Shown here: piece after piece, positions 43,421 through 54,757 of the stretch | Layout of the letters: each line of letters begins with the position of its first letter | Numbering within the stretch: position 1 is the stretch's first letter | Assembly (NCBI GenBank): GCA_965218095.1 | Contig: OZ244587.1 | Coordinates: 224,001-288,000, forward strand | Direction of reading: 5' to 3' | Length of the DNA: 64,000 nucleotides | Source: Candidatus Poribacteria bacterium | GTDB lineage: Bacteria; Poribacteria; WGA-4E; PCPOR2b | The notes under the pieces: model-generated | What the model saw: the letters and a program-made list of their open reading frames with translations, nothing else | Databases searched by the model: none | What the model was told of the DNA's origin: nothing | Program-made: the position numbers and the translations under genes

Positions 43421-44639
43421 GAGCTAAGTATATAAAGGTGGCGAATGTGGCATTCGGTAAGGGGGATTTGGTCGTTCAACAGGAAGATTTTGTTGGAACA
43501 GATGCCTACGAGGATGGAAACGTTCCGGAGCCGGCGTATGAGCGATTCCTTAAATACTGCGACGAAAAAGGAGAAACTTTATGTGCGTTTCTGTGTAACA
43601 AGATGTAATGGGGGTTAGAATCCCCTAACGATAACTTGCAATTGTTAGCCTTACCTTAACTGCTTTGCTTGAAAAGGCAAAGTGGGAAGCAAAGGAAAAC
43701 GGCAAATGCCCGCGAGAGAATGTAGACCCTCAGACGGCATGTCAGGCTAAGAACGTCATGGCTAAAACGAAAGTTGAACTGATGTAAGCCTCGTTACTCC
43801 TGATTAGGTGAATCTACAAGAGGGAAACTGGAGTAGTCCCTTATAAACAGCCTGTAGACAAAATGTCAAAGTGCTTTGGACAACATGTATAAGTTATGTT
43901 GTCAATAGAAGGTATAGTATATTTTTATACCTTCACGCAAGTCATACAGCATCGGGGTAAAGTCAGAGCCTAAAACGTTCACGACGTACATCTTGTGAGA
44001 ACAGGAAAGTCCCTAAGTTTCTCACTGAGAAATATGGGAGAGGAGATTCGTTATACTTTATAAGTAAAGCCGAATCAGAGTCATGGCTTTTGAAGGATTC
44101 TGAAATAGGTTTACCACTACGGAGATAATCAGGGACTGCAAACCTGTCCACCGAGCGGATTAGACATCTCGTCTAAGAATCTATAGGAATCTTGATAAGG
44201 CGGTTGAAAATGATGATAATAACCTGTAAGGAAAGTCAAAAGGCAACTCAGCCTATCGTAACTTTTGAACCCTCAAACCTTTCATAGTTAGTCATCATTT
44301 ATGACTGGGCAAGCCGTGTGCGGTGAAAGTCGCACGCACGGTTTTGATGGGAGGAAAATTCCGCAAGGAATCTACCTATCCATACTAGAGGGACTGAAGA
44401 ACCTCAAGCGATTGGCAGATTACCTGAATTTGGATCTGACAGCGCAAGTTGCCCAACGTCCCGGCGATTATGCTATTCTGTTCTGTTTTCGTCTTATCTG
44501 TGCTCAGACTATGGGATTTGCTTGGAGAACCACACACCTCGCCTTGAGAAGGGTACACTCCGCTGCCTTATTTTTGCTGCTAGCCTTGAAACGGTGCAAC
44601 CACCGCTTTGGGATGTCAGGTGGCAATTGGTTGACATGA
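43411..44639 (+). CDS. Small hypothetical protein interrupted by a group II intron (exons 43411-43582 and 44386-44639; 141 aa spliced)
   Basis: Exon join TTA T|TA GAG gives ...YCDEKGETLLEGLKNLKRLADYLNLDL in frame; the C-terminal tail may not be native. Confidence 0.6.
43583..44385 (+). ncRNA. ORF-less group II intron
   Basis: 5' GTGCG; domain V AAGCCGTGTGCGGTGAAAGTCGCACGCACGGTTT (44311-44344); domain VI with bulged A 8 nt from the 3' AC; no RT ORF inside. Confidence 0.88.
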
Positions 44640-44724
44640 GCTACCATAAAAAAAGAATCCGTCCCCTCCAGAAAAAGTGAAGGGGTTGAAACGGGCGGGG
44701 AAGTTAGGACATAGAAACGCACAA

Positions 44725-47700
44725 ATGGAAACGCCAGAAAAGTTGAGATTTTGCCGTATTATCTTTCTCACCCTTTCTACATTTCTCCGGTCTTCGACCG
44801 AGAGTCCGAAACCTTCCCTCCTTCCATTCTTGCTTTCTTTCCTCCTTTCCTTCTTCATTCCCACTTTGCTTGATGCTTTACCTGAGTTCTGGACGGCGGA
44901 ACACCGCTATCTCTTGGTTCCGCTCAATCAAATGCGCCGGCAATCTGTGCAAGGGGCTCGGAGATTTTCGTTGCCTGGAGCGATAACCGACTGGGCAGGT
45001 GGGAAATCTTCTTTCGATATAGCCCTGATGGTGGGCTGACGTGGCAGCCGGAAGAACGTGTCACAACGACTCGCACGGATTCCGTCCAACCGGCGATTGC
45101 CTGCGATCAGGAGCAGATCCATCTTGTGTGGCAGAGCCTGCCCCGAGCTATCGGGGAACGCAGCGCAACGCAAACGCAAATCGGCTACAGTTCCTGGGAG
45201 GGCGTGGCTTGGAGCCCAACCCAGATTTTATCGCAACGGGGTATCTCCACCCGTCGCCCGAAGATTGCAACGACAAAGATCTTTCCCGGCGGGTTGGTTT
45301 ACGTTGTCTGGGAAGGTCAGCCGGACAATGGGCCGGGAGTAACAGCCTATCTCACACGCAACAGCGATGGCGGCCGAACATGTTCAAACCCACAGCCGAT
45401 TGTGTCGGAGGACTGGGATACGCGCGAACCGGATATCACGGGCGGGGTTCGCGCCGCTTATGTCACATGGCAGGACGGACGAGAGGCGACTTCGCAGATC
45501 TATGTCAAACGTTGGGATGAAGTGACGGTCAGCGCGGATTTTCGCCTTGCAGCAGTCGGGAATTGTCGGCGCCCATCGATTGCTGTTTTAGAGCCACAAG
45601 TATTCATGGCGTGGGAATGCAGCCTGAGTGAAACCGCGCCGGTGAACATCTTCGCGTCGGAAAGCAGGAATCGGGCGGAAACGTGGGGCCCCGCTGAACA
45701 AATTTCGTTTAATACAGCGGAATCAATCGTGCCACAAATCCTTGTGCATCGAGATGATGCGTGGGTACTCTGGCAGGACGGGGAGTCTGGCGTCCGGGAG
45801 GTTCACTTCGCACAACACCTGCAAAGCGCCTGGACACCCATAGCGCAATTCACTGTCGACGGAAGCCGACAATCCCATCCACCTAGTTTGGGTAGAGCTC
45901 ACAGATACAGCGCAATCAACCATATTTTATACCCAACGTGATACAATACCTCCCGGACGTCCCGCTCAATCGGTCCATCTTGACTTTGACTTATCTTCTG
46001 GCTTTGACAACGATTCACGTCTTACCTTCTCCTGGGAAGCCTCTACAATCCTCCCCTCTCCGTTTCAGGGAGTGGCCGGGGGAGAGGTCCGGTACCATGT
46101 TTTTGCGTCGATCGATGGCGGCGCGTTGACCGAAATTGGTTCGACGAATGACACGACCTTTACGTTCAACAGTGAGGATAACAAATCTTATCGCGTCGTG
46201 ATTCAAGCCGCTGATTCAGTCGGCAACCGGAGTGAATTCTCTAAACCGTCGGCGCCCGTATTCGTTGATCGGTCACCGCTAGACCTCGAAATTCATCTTC
46301 CTACCTCAAACATCGTAATCACGCGTCCCATTCCTGTGATCGCGACCTGTCTTGATACCAATCTGGTTGAATGCCGCCTTCAGTTTGGAGCAACGCGCAC
46401 ACTGAGCACTTGGACGTTGCTGGGCGAACCCATCCGTATTCCATTTCAAAGGGAATGTCTAATCGTGTGGAATACTAGCAACCTGGATGGCATTTATACG
46501 CTCGCGCTGACCGCAATTGATGAGGCTGGCAATCGTGTGACAACGCAAACGCCGCTCGTTATCGATAACACGCCGCCATTATCGATTGCGGGTGGGATGC
46601 AGACATCACTTCTGACCGATGAAAACCTGGAGGTTTCTTTCCGCACTCCTGTCTGGTCGCCCGATGGGGGTAAGATCGCTTTTTCCAGTAATGAAGGGGG
46701 CGCTAAAGACATCTGGTTACTAGAGCTTCCGTGACAATACACGCCATCGCCTCACCCACGACGCCGCAATCGACTTGAATCCCGCGTGGCATCCAGATTC
46801 GGATCGGCTTGCCTTTCAATCACAACGAAACGGTCGGTGGGAGATTTGGACTGTCCGATCTGATGGCAGTGATCACCACCCCTTGATTACCGTGGACAAC
46901 ACCGACAATCGTCCATCCGCGAATATCAATTTCGAGACGCCCACATGGTCACCTACAGGAGTGCAACTCGCCTTCGCCGCAGACCTTGATGGAGATTTGG
47001 AGATCTGGGCGGTGCAGAATGCTGATGATGTTTTGTCCGGCACAGTTTCCGATCTCTTCCAATTGACCCGAAACACCGCTCAAGACCTCCACCCAACATG
47101 GGCGCCTGATGGAACACAGTTAGTGTTTCAATCAGTCCGCACGGGAAATTGGGAGCTCTGGCAAATTAACATTGACGGTTCGGATGAAAAACGGGTATAT
47201 CAGAACTTCGCCAACGAAACGCTTCCGCGGTGGTCTCCCAATGGGAAGTTGCTGCTCTTTCTCTCCGATCAGTTGGGGCGCACGCCAGCCGCCTTCATTA
47301 TCAACCTGCGGGATGGAAGCCTCCCAACTCAGATTTCCCCAATCGGCGTTCCGACTGATAGTGTTGATTGGTCCCCCGATGGACGGGAAATCATCTATCA
47401 ATCCGGCGATCGGTTGCATCGGCTGCCGCTCGAATTTCCTGCGCCGCCGATTGAGGCGATGATTACCCATCCTTATACAGGCGAGCAATTGAGCGGCAGA
47501 GTCGATCTCTTTGGACTTGCTCGTGGCACACTGTTTCAGGAATACCGCTTAGAGTATGCGTCAGTTTATGCGGGCGAGGCAAGCATCGCCCCGCCGACGT
47601 AGCATCGGATTGGTGGGCGATAACCACCCCGGTAACGCAGATTGAAAATCCCGATTTTATTGGGAAGGGTTTTCTCGGACGGTGGGATACACAGCAGTTG

Positions 47701-50051
47701 CGTGGAGAATACTTAATACGGCTTGTTGTGGCTTCAGCAAATGGGGATGAAATTGAGGACCGTATCTGCATCTCTATTGAGAACGAACGCCCACGCCTTG
47801 AGATTTTCGATCCGCCTGAAGATCTGTTGACGTTAAACACACAAATAACAGTGCGTGGGGGAACAGAGAAATTGAACACTATCATTCTCAAATCCGAACA
47901 GATTGAAATGCCCTTACCCCTCGACCAGAACAGCGGCTTTGTTGTACAATTGCTTCTGAGCGAAGGTGCAAATCAGATTGAGATCAAGGCAACAAACCCA
48001 ATCGGCCTAGAGACGCGCGTGATCCGAACCGTACAGCGTGACAGCCAACCGCCGCAGATTATGTTGAATTCGCCGCAGGATTTCGCCATTTCTGAAGTGC
48101 CTTACGTCACCGTGTCAGGTCAGGTAGATGACTCCGATGTACAACTCTCGATTAACGAGGTGGTCGTACCGCTCAAAGCGGATGGGCGTTTTGAGCGGAC
48201 GCTGCTGCTAAAGACAGCGGATGCCGTTAATGGCACGGAAGGGGAAGTGACCAACCTCATCCGCGTGGCAGCCGTCGATCAGCTTGGTCGCAGGACAGAA
48301 GTCCAACGCCGTGTCATTTATGAAAAGAAAGGACGTTCCCTCCGGACAGATCTCAATTCGCCGGCAATTGCGGAAGTGTCGCCCCCCGATGGTGCGTCTC
48401 TGGATGGATCGGCGGTAAAAATCACAGCAATCTTAATTGATGATGTGGCAATTGATCCGTTGACAATTCGTTTCAGCTTCGACGATGAAGAATTTGTGTT
48501 TGACAGGACGGAGGAGGCTGCAAGCTTTGATGGAAGAATTTTTGATTTTCGCCCTGAAACGGATCAATTCACGTATACACCGCCAATTCAATTGATCGAT
48601 GGCTCCCATCACTTCACGTTGGAGGTTCAAGATACAGCCGGAAATTCGGCTGCGCCAATCGATTTCACGTTTGTCATCGACACGCAACCATTTCAAGCGT
48701 CAATTTCGGCGGAACGGATTGAAGGGGAGAATAACACCCTCAAAATCACGATGACAACGAATAAGCGGTTGGCGGTGATTCCTGTCGTTGAAGCTCTCCC
48801 ATCTGGCTCAACATTGGGGTATACGCTCAACCTCGATCAGTTCAGCAAGGAACAGATCAACATCGGCGCTGAAATCGAACCTCGGACTGTTACCATCTTT
48901 CGGTATGAAAGCGATTTTCCTGTTTCTCCCTCCCAGAGTAGGTTCACCCTTTCTACCCGCATTTGCCCTCTTAACGCGGATGCGCGCGCTGTACGCGGCT
49001 ATTTCACCGATCAAGATCAGTTTCCGGATGCCCCCCTTGTTCCGTTTCGGCAGGCCATTCGTGGGCAGTCTTCTCCGCTGACGGCGACCCTTCTCGCTAT
49101 CGACGGGGGGGGCAGTGTTATGTTCGTGGGAGGTGGTTCAACGTTTCGTGCGACCTTGCGCAGTCAAGGCGGATTGGATCAAAATACGATTCTCGCACAG
49201 CGACAGAACGCCGAGAATCGAAAGCTCACCACACTCCACCCCGTCTACGTTGTTGAATCTCCTGCGGAAGGACAGGAAATTTCATTTCGGATTGCACTCC
49301 CCCTTCCTCCAGAGCAAAGTAAAAAAGAGGATGGGGTTGCAATGTTCCAGTGGGATAGCCAATTCCAGCGATGGCGACCGCTTGACGCAGGCATGAATCC
49401 GTCCGGCATGCTCGAAGCTATCGCCAACCAGTTTGGGAGTTACGCGCTGCTCGTGGATCGAGTCCCGCCAATCATACGCGCGGTTTTTCCCGAGGATCGA
49501 GCCGAAGTTCCTCTTGACTACTTTCTCATTGTGCATGAGATTACCGACGAAGGTTCTGGTGTTGATGCCATTCAATTGTGGGTGGATGATCAGCCCGTGC
49601 AATTCCTTTATGAGAAAGCAGCGGAACGCTTGACCTACCTGCCGAGCAACCTCGATCCGGGCAGGCATACCCTTGAAATTCGTACGACGGATCGAGCGGA
49701 CAACGAAGCGCGACAAACAATGGTTTTCTTTACGCGCGATATTTTCGACTTTGCCGATAAAGTTGTCGCCTATCCAAATCCGGCTTCACACAATGTCATC
49801 ATTACATTCAAGCTCACCAAATTTGCCGACGTTGAGTTAAAGATTTATGATGTCACCGGGGGTTTGCTCTATACGGATGCGTTGCGCAATGTCGTCGGTC
49901 AACGGTCAGAATCGCTGGACGAAGCCTTCGTCTAGGATGTGAGAATCAGTCGGGTGAGCCCGTCGCAAGCGGCGTTTATATCTACAGCCTGGAAGCAGAA
50001 CGGGAAGGACGAACAGTCCGCCGGTTCGGGAAGGTCGCGGTTGTTCGATAA
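44725..50051 (+). pseudogene. Large secreted protein (BNR-like, FN3/Ig, TolB/PD40 repeats, FlgD-like C-terminus), fragmented
   Basis: PVWSPDGGKIAFSSN-type repeats, DNTPP/DSQPP Ig linkers, AYPNPA..VELKIYDVTG, VASGVYIY; several frameshifts and TAGs at 47600 and 49933. Confidence 0.8.
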
Positions 50052-50289
50052 ATGAGTAAATAGTTCAGGAGTTCATTTACGCATTAGGTATCAGGTGCTC
50101 GCTCATTTCTAAGACCTGAACCTAATACCTGCACATTTTTGCTATTGACAGAAAGCGACCTTATCTTTTATACTAAGACACGATTAACCCTACTGATTGA
50201 ACGATCCAATGACTGATCCATCTATCCTACCCTAAAATTATGGTAGTGTTTTGTGAGATTATTTAATTTGGCTGAAAACAAAGGACAAA

Positions 50290-53200
50290 ATGCAGACAAT
50301 TCCTGAATTTTTTCATGATAAAGTAATACTGATCACCGGTGCCACAGGCTTTCTCGGCCAGGCGCTCGTCGCTAAAATTCTCACCGATCTCCCCGGTGTG
50401 AAAAAGATTTACCTGCTCATCCGCAATCGGACTGAACCCAATGGAAAAATCCACACCGCCGAAGATCGTCTGGACGATGAGTTTTTCACCTCCAGCGTCT
50501 TCGCAAAACTGCGGCAGACGCATCGGGAACAATTTGACGCATGGATTCGTGCAAAAGTCTATGCAGTAGAAGGCGACCTGGCTTACGAGCGGCTTGGTAT
50601 GTCTGATGCTTCCTATAAGAAGTTACAGCGTGAGGTACAAATCTTCATCAACAGCGCAGCCTTCGTCAGATTTGATCCCCCAATTGATGAGGCTGCCCAA
50701 CTCAACACCCTTTCGGCAAAATATGCGGTTGAATTTGCCAGAGGCTGTAACGATCCAGTTTTTCTTCACGTATCGACCGCATACGTTTGTGAGAATCGAC
50801 CGGGGGAGATCGCTGAGGAATTGCATCCACCGTATGAAACTTTCGCCGCGCAGTATTGCAAGGGAGCAGGAGAGCGCATTCCGATGACTCTCGAAGCGGA
50901 AGTCGAAGAGATGTTCCGTATTAGTGAAGAAATAAGGAGAGAAGCAGAACAACCGGAACGAGTCGATCAATTTCGACGGCAAGCCTTACGACAGATCGGG
51001 AATAGGAAAGAGAATCGCCGTCCGCTTGATGAGGAGTTTGAAAATATTCGGGAAAAATGGATTGAGTGGCGTCTCATCAATGAGGGTTTGAAACGCGCGC
51101 ATGCGCGCGGCTGGAACGATACCTATGCTTATACCAAAGCCCTTGGCGAACAGACGATCGCGAAGGTGCGAGGCGATTTGCCGACGGCAATTATTCGCCA
51201 ATCAATTATGGAAAGTAGCCTTGAGGAGCCAGAGCCAGGCTGGCTCGGTGGATCTCTTCGCATGGCAGATCCAATTATCGTTGGCTTCGGAAAAGGACGC
51301 TTGCCCGACTTCCCCGCCGATCCGGATAGTATCCTTGATCTTATTCCTGTTGACTTTGTTGTCAACGCGATGTTAGCCGCTGCCGTGCAGACCTATCACA
51401 ATCGTGGTATTGAAGTCTATCATATTGCGAGTGGATCAGTCAACCCCCTCACTTTTGACGGAATCGTCAAGACAACCCACGAATACTTTGTGAAGTATCC
51501 GATGTTCGACAAAGGGAAGCCGATACCCGTTCCCGTGTGGAAATATCCGAGTGAAAAAAAATTCCGACGTAAGTTGCGCCATAAGCTTTGTGTGCTTAAT
51601 ACAGTAAGCTGGTTACTCAATCGAATTCCAGCGAAATGGGCAAAGCGGAAAAATCGCCGTATTGCGGCGGTACAGACTGCCATTGAGGCATTGCAATATT
51701 ACATTCAGATTTATGGGCCCTACACACGTCTTAGCTTTGAGTTTGAAACAAGCAAAACGCAGCAACTGTATCGTTCACTCTCGCCTTCAGATCAGCAGCG
51801 CTTCAATTTCGATATTTCACGAATTGATTGGGGGTATTACCTCAAAGAGGTCCACATTCCGGGTGTTAAACGGCACGCTCTTAAGCTAGGGGAGGAATCA
51901 GCGAGCCAGCGAATCAGCGAACCAGCGCAAGATTCTCCCCTTTACGAAGGGGACGCTAGAGAGGGTAATGAACCTACGCATCAACAAATTGGCGAATCGT
52001 CCAAATCTCTGGAATATCGAACAATTATAGACCTAGTTGCCCAAAAAGCTGAATCCATCCCGGATAAGACCGCATTGCAGATAAAACGAGCGGACAAATG
52101 GGTACGCTATTCTTACCGTCAAATCCATGATGTCTCGCGAAAGATTGCATTTTCACTGTGGGAACGCGATTACCGAAAAGGCGATCGGGTCATCCTCTTT
52201 GCCGAAAATCAGCCTGAATGGGGCCTCGCTTATTTAGCCGCCGTGCAGATTGGTCTCATTGTGGTTCCAATAGATCGGCAGACTGCTGAAGGGGAGATCT
52301 GTGCACTTGCCAGGTTTACTGAGGCGAAGGCGATCTTGACTTCCGAAACTCTGGTTGACCGTCTACACAACGCTGAATGTCTGCAGAACACCACAGATCA
52401 ACCACCAGAACTTTTGAACATCAATCAGTTCTGCCAGCCTTTTGAAGTCGGACAACCAGAGCAACTGGCAGAAGTATCAGAGAATTTCCCCGACGTCGAA
52501 ATCGACCCGGATACGATCGCTTCGATTATCTTCACAGCCGGTACAACCGTGGATGCAAAAGGCGTGATGTTACCCCACAGGAGTTTCGTCGCCAACGTCT
52601 GTGCTGTTGCAGAAGCGCTGCCTCCCTGCGATACGGATCGATTCCTCTCCGTGCTGCCGCTGTATCACGCCCTGGAGTTTACATGTGGCTTCCTGATGTC
52701 GATTTATGCCGGTGCAACGGTGACCTATCTGAGGACGCTCAAACCGACTGCAATTTTGGAAGCAATGCAGGAAACAAAGACCACGGTTCTCATTGGGGTG
52801 CCGCGTCTGTTCAAGCTGCTCTACGATACAATCGAACGTTATGTGGTCCGATATTCTGAGGCGATGGAGACGCCCATTGATGCAGAAGTCGTCGAAAAGG
52901 TTCAATCCGCGTTGGGGGGGCATATTCGTGTCCTCGTCAGTGGCGGCGCCGCCTTGCCGAATGAAGTATACAATGCATTCCAGCAATTCGGGCTAACAAT
53001 CTACCAGGGCTACGGTATGACAGAGACAGCTCCTGTTCTGAGTGTCAATCCCTACGACAAAAGCAAGTGCGGGTCTGTTGGGCCCGCTGTGCGAGGGGTG
53101 AAACTCCGGATCGTCAACCCTGACAGTGATGGAATTGGTGAAATTGTGACCAACAGCCCAGGTGCCATGAAAGGCTACTATCGGAATCAAAGTGCGACAG

Positions 53201-54729
53201 AGAAGGTGATTCGAGATGGTTTGCTCTATACCGGAGATTTGGGGTATTTCGATGAAGAAGGGTATCTGTACATCACCGGACGCAGCAAAGATGTAATTGT
53301 GTCCGGTGCAGGTAAAAATATTTACCCGGTTGAAATCGAAGAGCTCTATCGGCACAGCCCCGATATCGCAGAGATCTGTGTTGTGGGTATGAGCGGGGAG
53401 AACTCGGTTGGTGAGGAAGTTCACGCGGTCATCGTTCCAACTCATGGTGATGACCAGAATCCCGCCAACATTGAAAAGGCTATCCGCGAACACCTTCAGG
53501 AGCGTTCACGGAATCTGCCGACATATCAGCGCACCCATAAAGTGCACTTTTGGGAGACCGAATTACCCCGGACATCAAACTTTGACATCCATCGACGACG
53601 GGTTAAGGAGCGGCTACAAGAACAATTGTCTGAGCAGCCACAGGGTGCTTTGGATCCCGACTCTATCGACAAGAACAGCGCTGCAATAGCAGGAGAAGCG
53701 CCCCAATCTGCGACGCCTGCTGATGAGGGAACTACAGAAATAGACATGCCTTCGGCCTGGGAGAGCGCAATTGTCTCTGAACTGAGTCGTTTGACGCAGG
53801 CGCCTGCTGATCGGATATGCTTGAACAGTAGGTTAGATTTAGATCTCGGGTTGGACTCGCTTGCACGAGTGGAATTGCTTCTTTTTTTGGAAATCAAACT
53901 CCAACAAACAATCCCTGACGAGATGGTTGCCCAGATTCAGACCGTCAGCAACGTAGTCAAAACAGTCAAAACCTTGCAATCTCAGCCCGCGCCCCACAAC
54001 ACGGATGCAGAAATATCTTACCCCATCCGTGTTGAACAACCCCGCTCTGTTCAATCTGAAACCGGACCTTTATTCATAAAACTTGTGGGCTTACTCCGGT
54101 TCGGTATACGTATCGTCTATCGGCATTATTTCTCAATCAAGTGCGATGGGCTGGAGAATATTCCACGCGCCCAACCGTATATCATCGCTGCTAATCACAC
54201 GAGTCATCTTGACACTCCTGCAATCATAACTGCTTTAGAGGACGAATCCAGACGTCTGAGAGTTCTTGCTGCAAAGGACTACTGGTTTAATACCCGTTTC
54301 AAATCATGGTTTTTTGGGAAATTGCTTAACTTCTTGCCATTTGATCGGACAGCCAACTTCCTAGAAGGTATCCGAATTTCGCAGGAGGTCCTGCAACAGA
54401 ATCAGTCCTTGCTTATCTATCCTGAGGGGACGCGTTCTGTCACAGGTGAGCTTCAACCGTTCAAACCAGGGCTGGGGCTGTTGGCTTATGAAACCGGTGT
54501 TCCGATTGTCCCGGCTTATATTGACGGTACTTACCGCGCCTTGCCTAAAGGCAAAAACCTGCCCCGTAAGAGCCGAATTCAGGTTGTTTTCGGCGAACCC
54601 ATCACGTCGGCTCCTTCTCAAATCGGAGGAAAGGGCACAAAAAGTCACGAGACGTACAGAGAAATCACCCGAGAAATCAGATCCAAGATTGAAGCTCTGC
54701 GATTTGATTGCCTGAACCGTGAAACGTAA
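50290..54729 (+). CDS. Fatty acyl reductase + acyl-CoA synthetase + carrier domain + PlsC-type acyltransferase (ElbD-like)
   Basis: TGATGFLG, HVSTAYV, YAYTK (FAR); GYGMTE, TGDLG, GRSKDVI (adenylation); LGLDSL (Ppant Ser); NHTSHLD, YPEGTRS (acyltransferase). Confidence 0.92.
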   Translation: MQTIPEFFHDKVILITGATGFLGQALVAKILTDLPGVKKIYLLIRNRTEPNGKIHTAEDRLDDEFFTSSVFAKLRQTHREQFDAWIRAKVYAVEGDLAYERLGMSDASYKKLQREVQIFINSAAFVRFDPPIDEAAQLNTLSAKYAVEFARGCNDPVFLHVSTAYVCENRPGEIAEELHPPYETFAAQYCKGAGERIPMTLEAEVEEMFRISEEIRREAEQPERVDQFRRQALRQIGNRKENRRPLDEEFENIREKWIEWRLINEGLKRAHARGWNDTYAYTKALGEQTIAKVRGDLPTAIIRQSIMESSLEEPEPGWLGGSLRMADPIIVGFGKGRLPDFPADPDSILDLIPVDFVVNAMLAAAVQTYHNRGIEVYHIASGSVNPLTFDGIVKTTHEYFVKYPMFDKGKPIPVPVWKYPSEKKFRRKLRHKLCVLNTVSWLLNRIPAKWAKRKNRRIAAVQTAIEALQYYIQIYGPYTRLSFEFETSKTQQLYRSLSPSDQQRFNFDISRIDWGYYLKEVHIPGVKRHALKLGEESASQRISEPAQDSPLYEGDAREGNEPTHQQIGESSKSLEYRTIIDLVAQKAESIPDKTALQIKRADKWVRYSYRQIHDVSRKIAFSLWERDYRKGDRVILFAENQPEWGLAYLAAVQIGLIVVPIDRQTAEGEICALARFTEAKAILTSETLVDRLHNAECLQNTTDQPPELLNINQFCQPFEVGQPEQLAEVSENFPDVEIDPDTIASIIFTAGTTVDAKGVMLPHRSFVANVCAVAEALPPCDTDRFLSVLPLYHALEFTCGFLMSIYAGATVTYLRTLKPTAILEAMQETKTTVLIGVPRLFKLLYDTIERYVVRYSEAMETPIDAEVVEKVQSALGGHIRVLVSGGAALPNEVYNAFQQFGLTIYQGYGMTETAPVLSVNPYDKSKCGSVGPAVRGVKLRIVNPDSDGIGEIVTNSPGAMKGYYRNQSATEKVIRDGLLYTGDLGYFDEEGYLYITGRSKDVIVSGAGKNIYPVEIEELYRHSPDIAEICVVGMSGENSVGEEVHAVIVPTHGDDQNPANIEKAIREHLQERSRNLPTYQRTHKVHFWETELPRTSNFDIHRRRVKERLQEQLSEQPQGALDPDSIDKNSAAIAGEAPQSATPADEGTTEIDMPSAWESAIVSELSRLTQAPADRICLNSRLDLDLGLDSLARVELLLFLEIKLQQTIPDEMVAQIQTVSNVVKTVKTLQSQPAPHNTDAEISYPIRVEQPRSVQSETGPLFIKLVGLLRFGIRIVYRHYFSIKCDGLENIPRAQPYIIAANHTSHLDTPAIITALEDESRRLRVLAAKDYWFNTRFKSWFFGKLLNFLPFDRTANFLEGIRISQEVLQQNQSLLIYPEGTRSVTGELQPFKPGLGLLAYETGVPIVPAYIDGTYRALPKGKNLPRKSRIQVVFGEPITSAPSQIGGKGTKSHETYREITREIRSKIEALRFDCLNRET

Positions 54730-54757
54730 AACGTAATCAACAAAGGGGAAGTACAAT

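Noticed and set aside
43583-44385. Retron, DGR or RT-encoding element
   Set aside because: No RT motifs (YADD) in any listed ORF and no TR/VR pair seen
44301-44385. ORF 44301-44639 starting at its own ATG
   Set aside because: Its first 28 codons are intron domains V-VI; better read as exon 2
25527-49935. Stop-codon reassignment (TAG as Trp or Gln, TGA as Trp) to explain the in-frame stops
   Set aside because: TAG and TGA terminate genes at expected ends (lexA and DUF309 with TAG, several with TGA), TGG is used freely, and many of the same genes also have frameshifts and deletions
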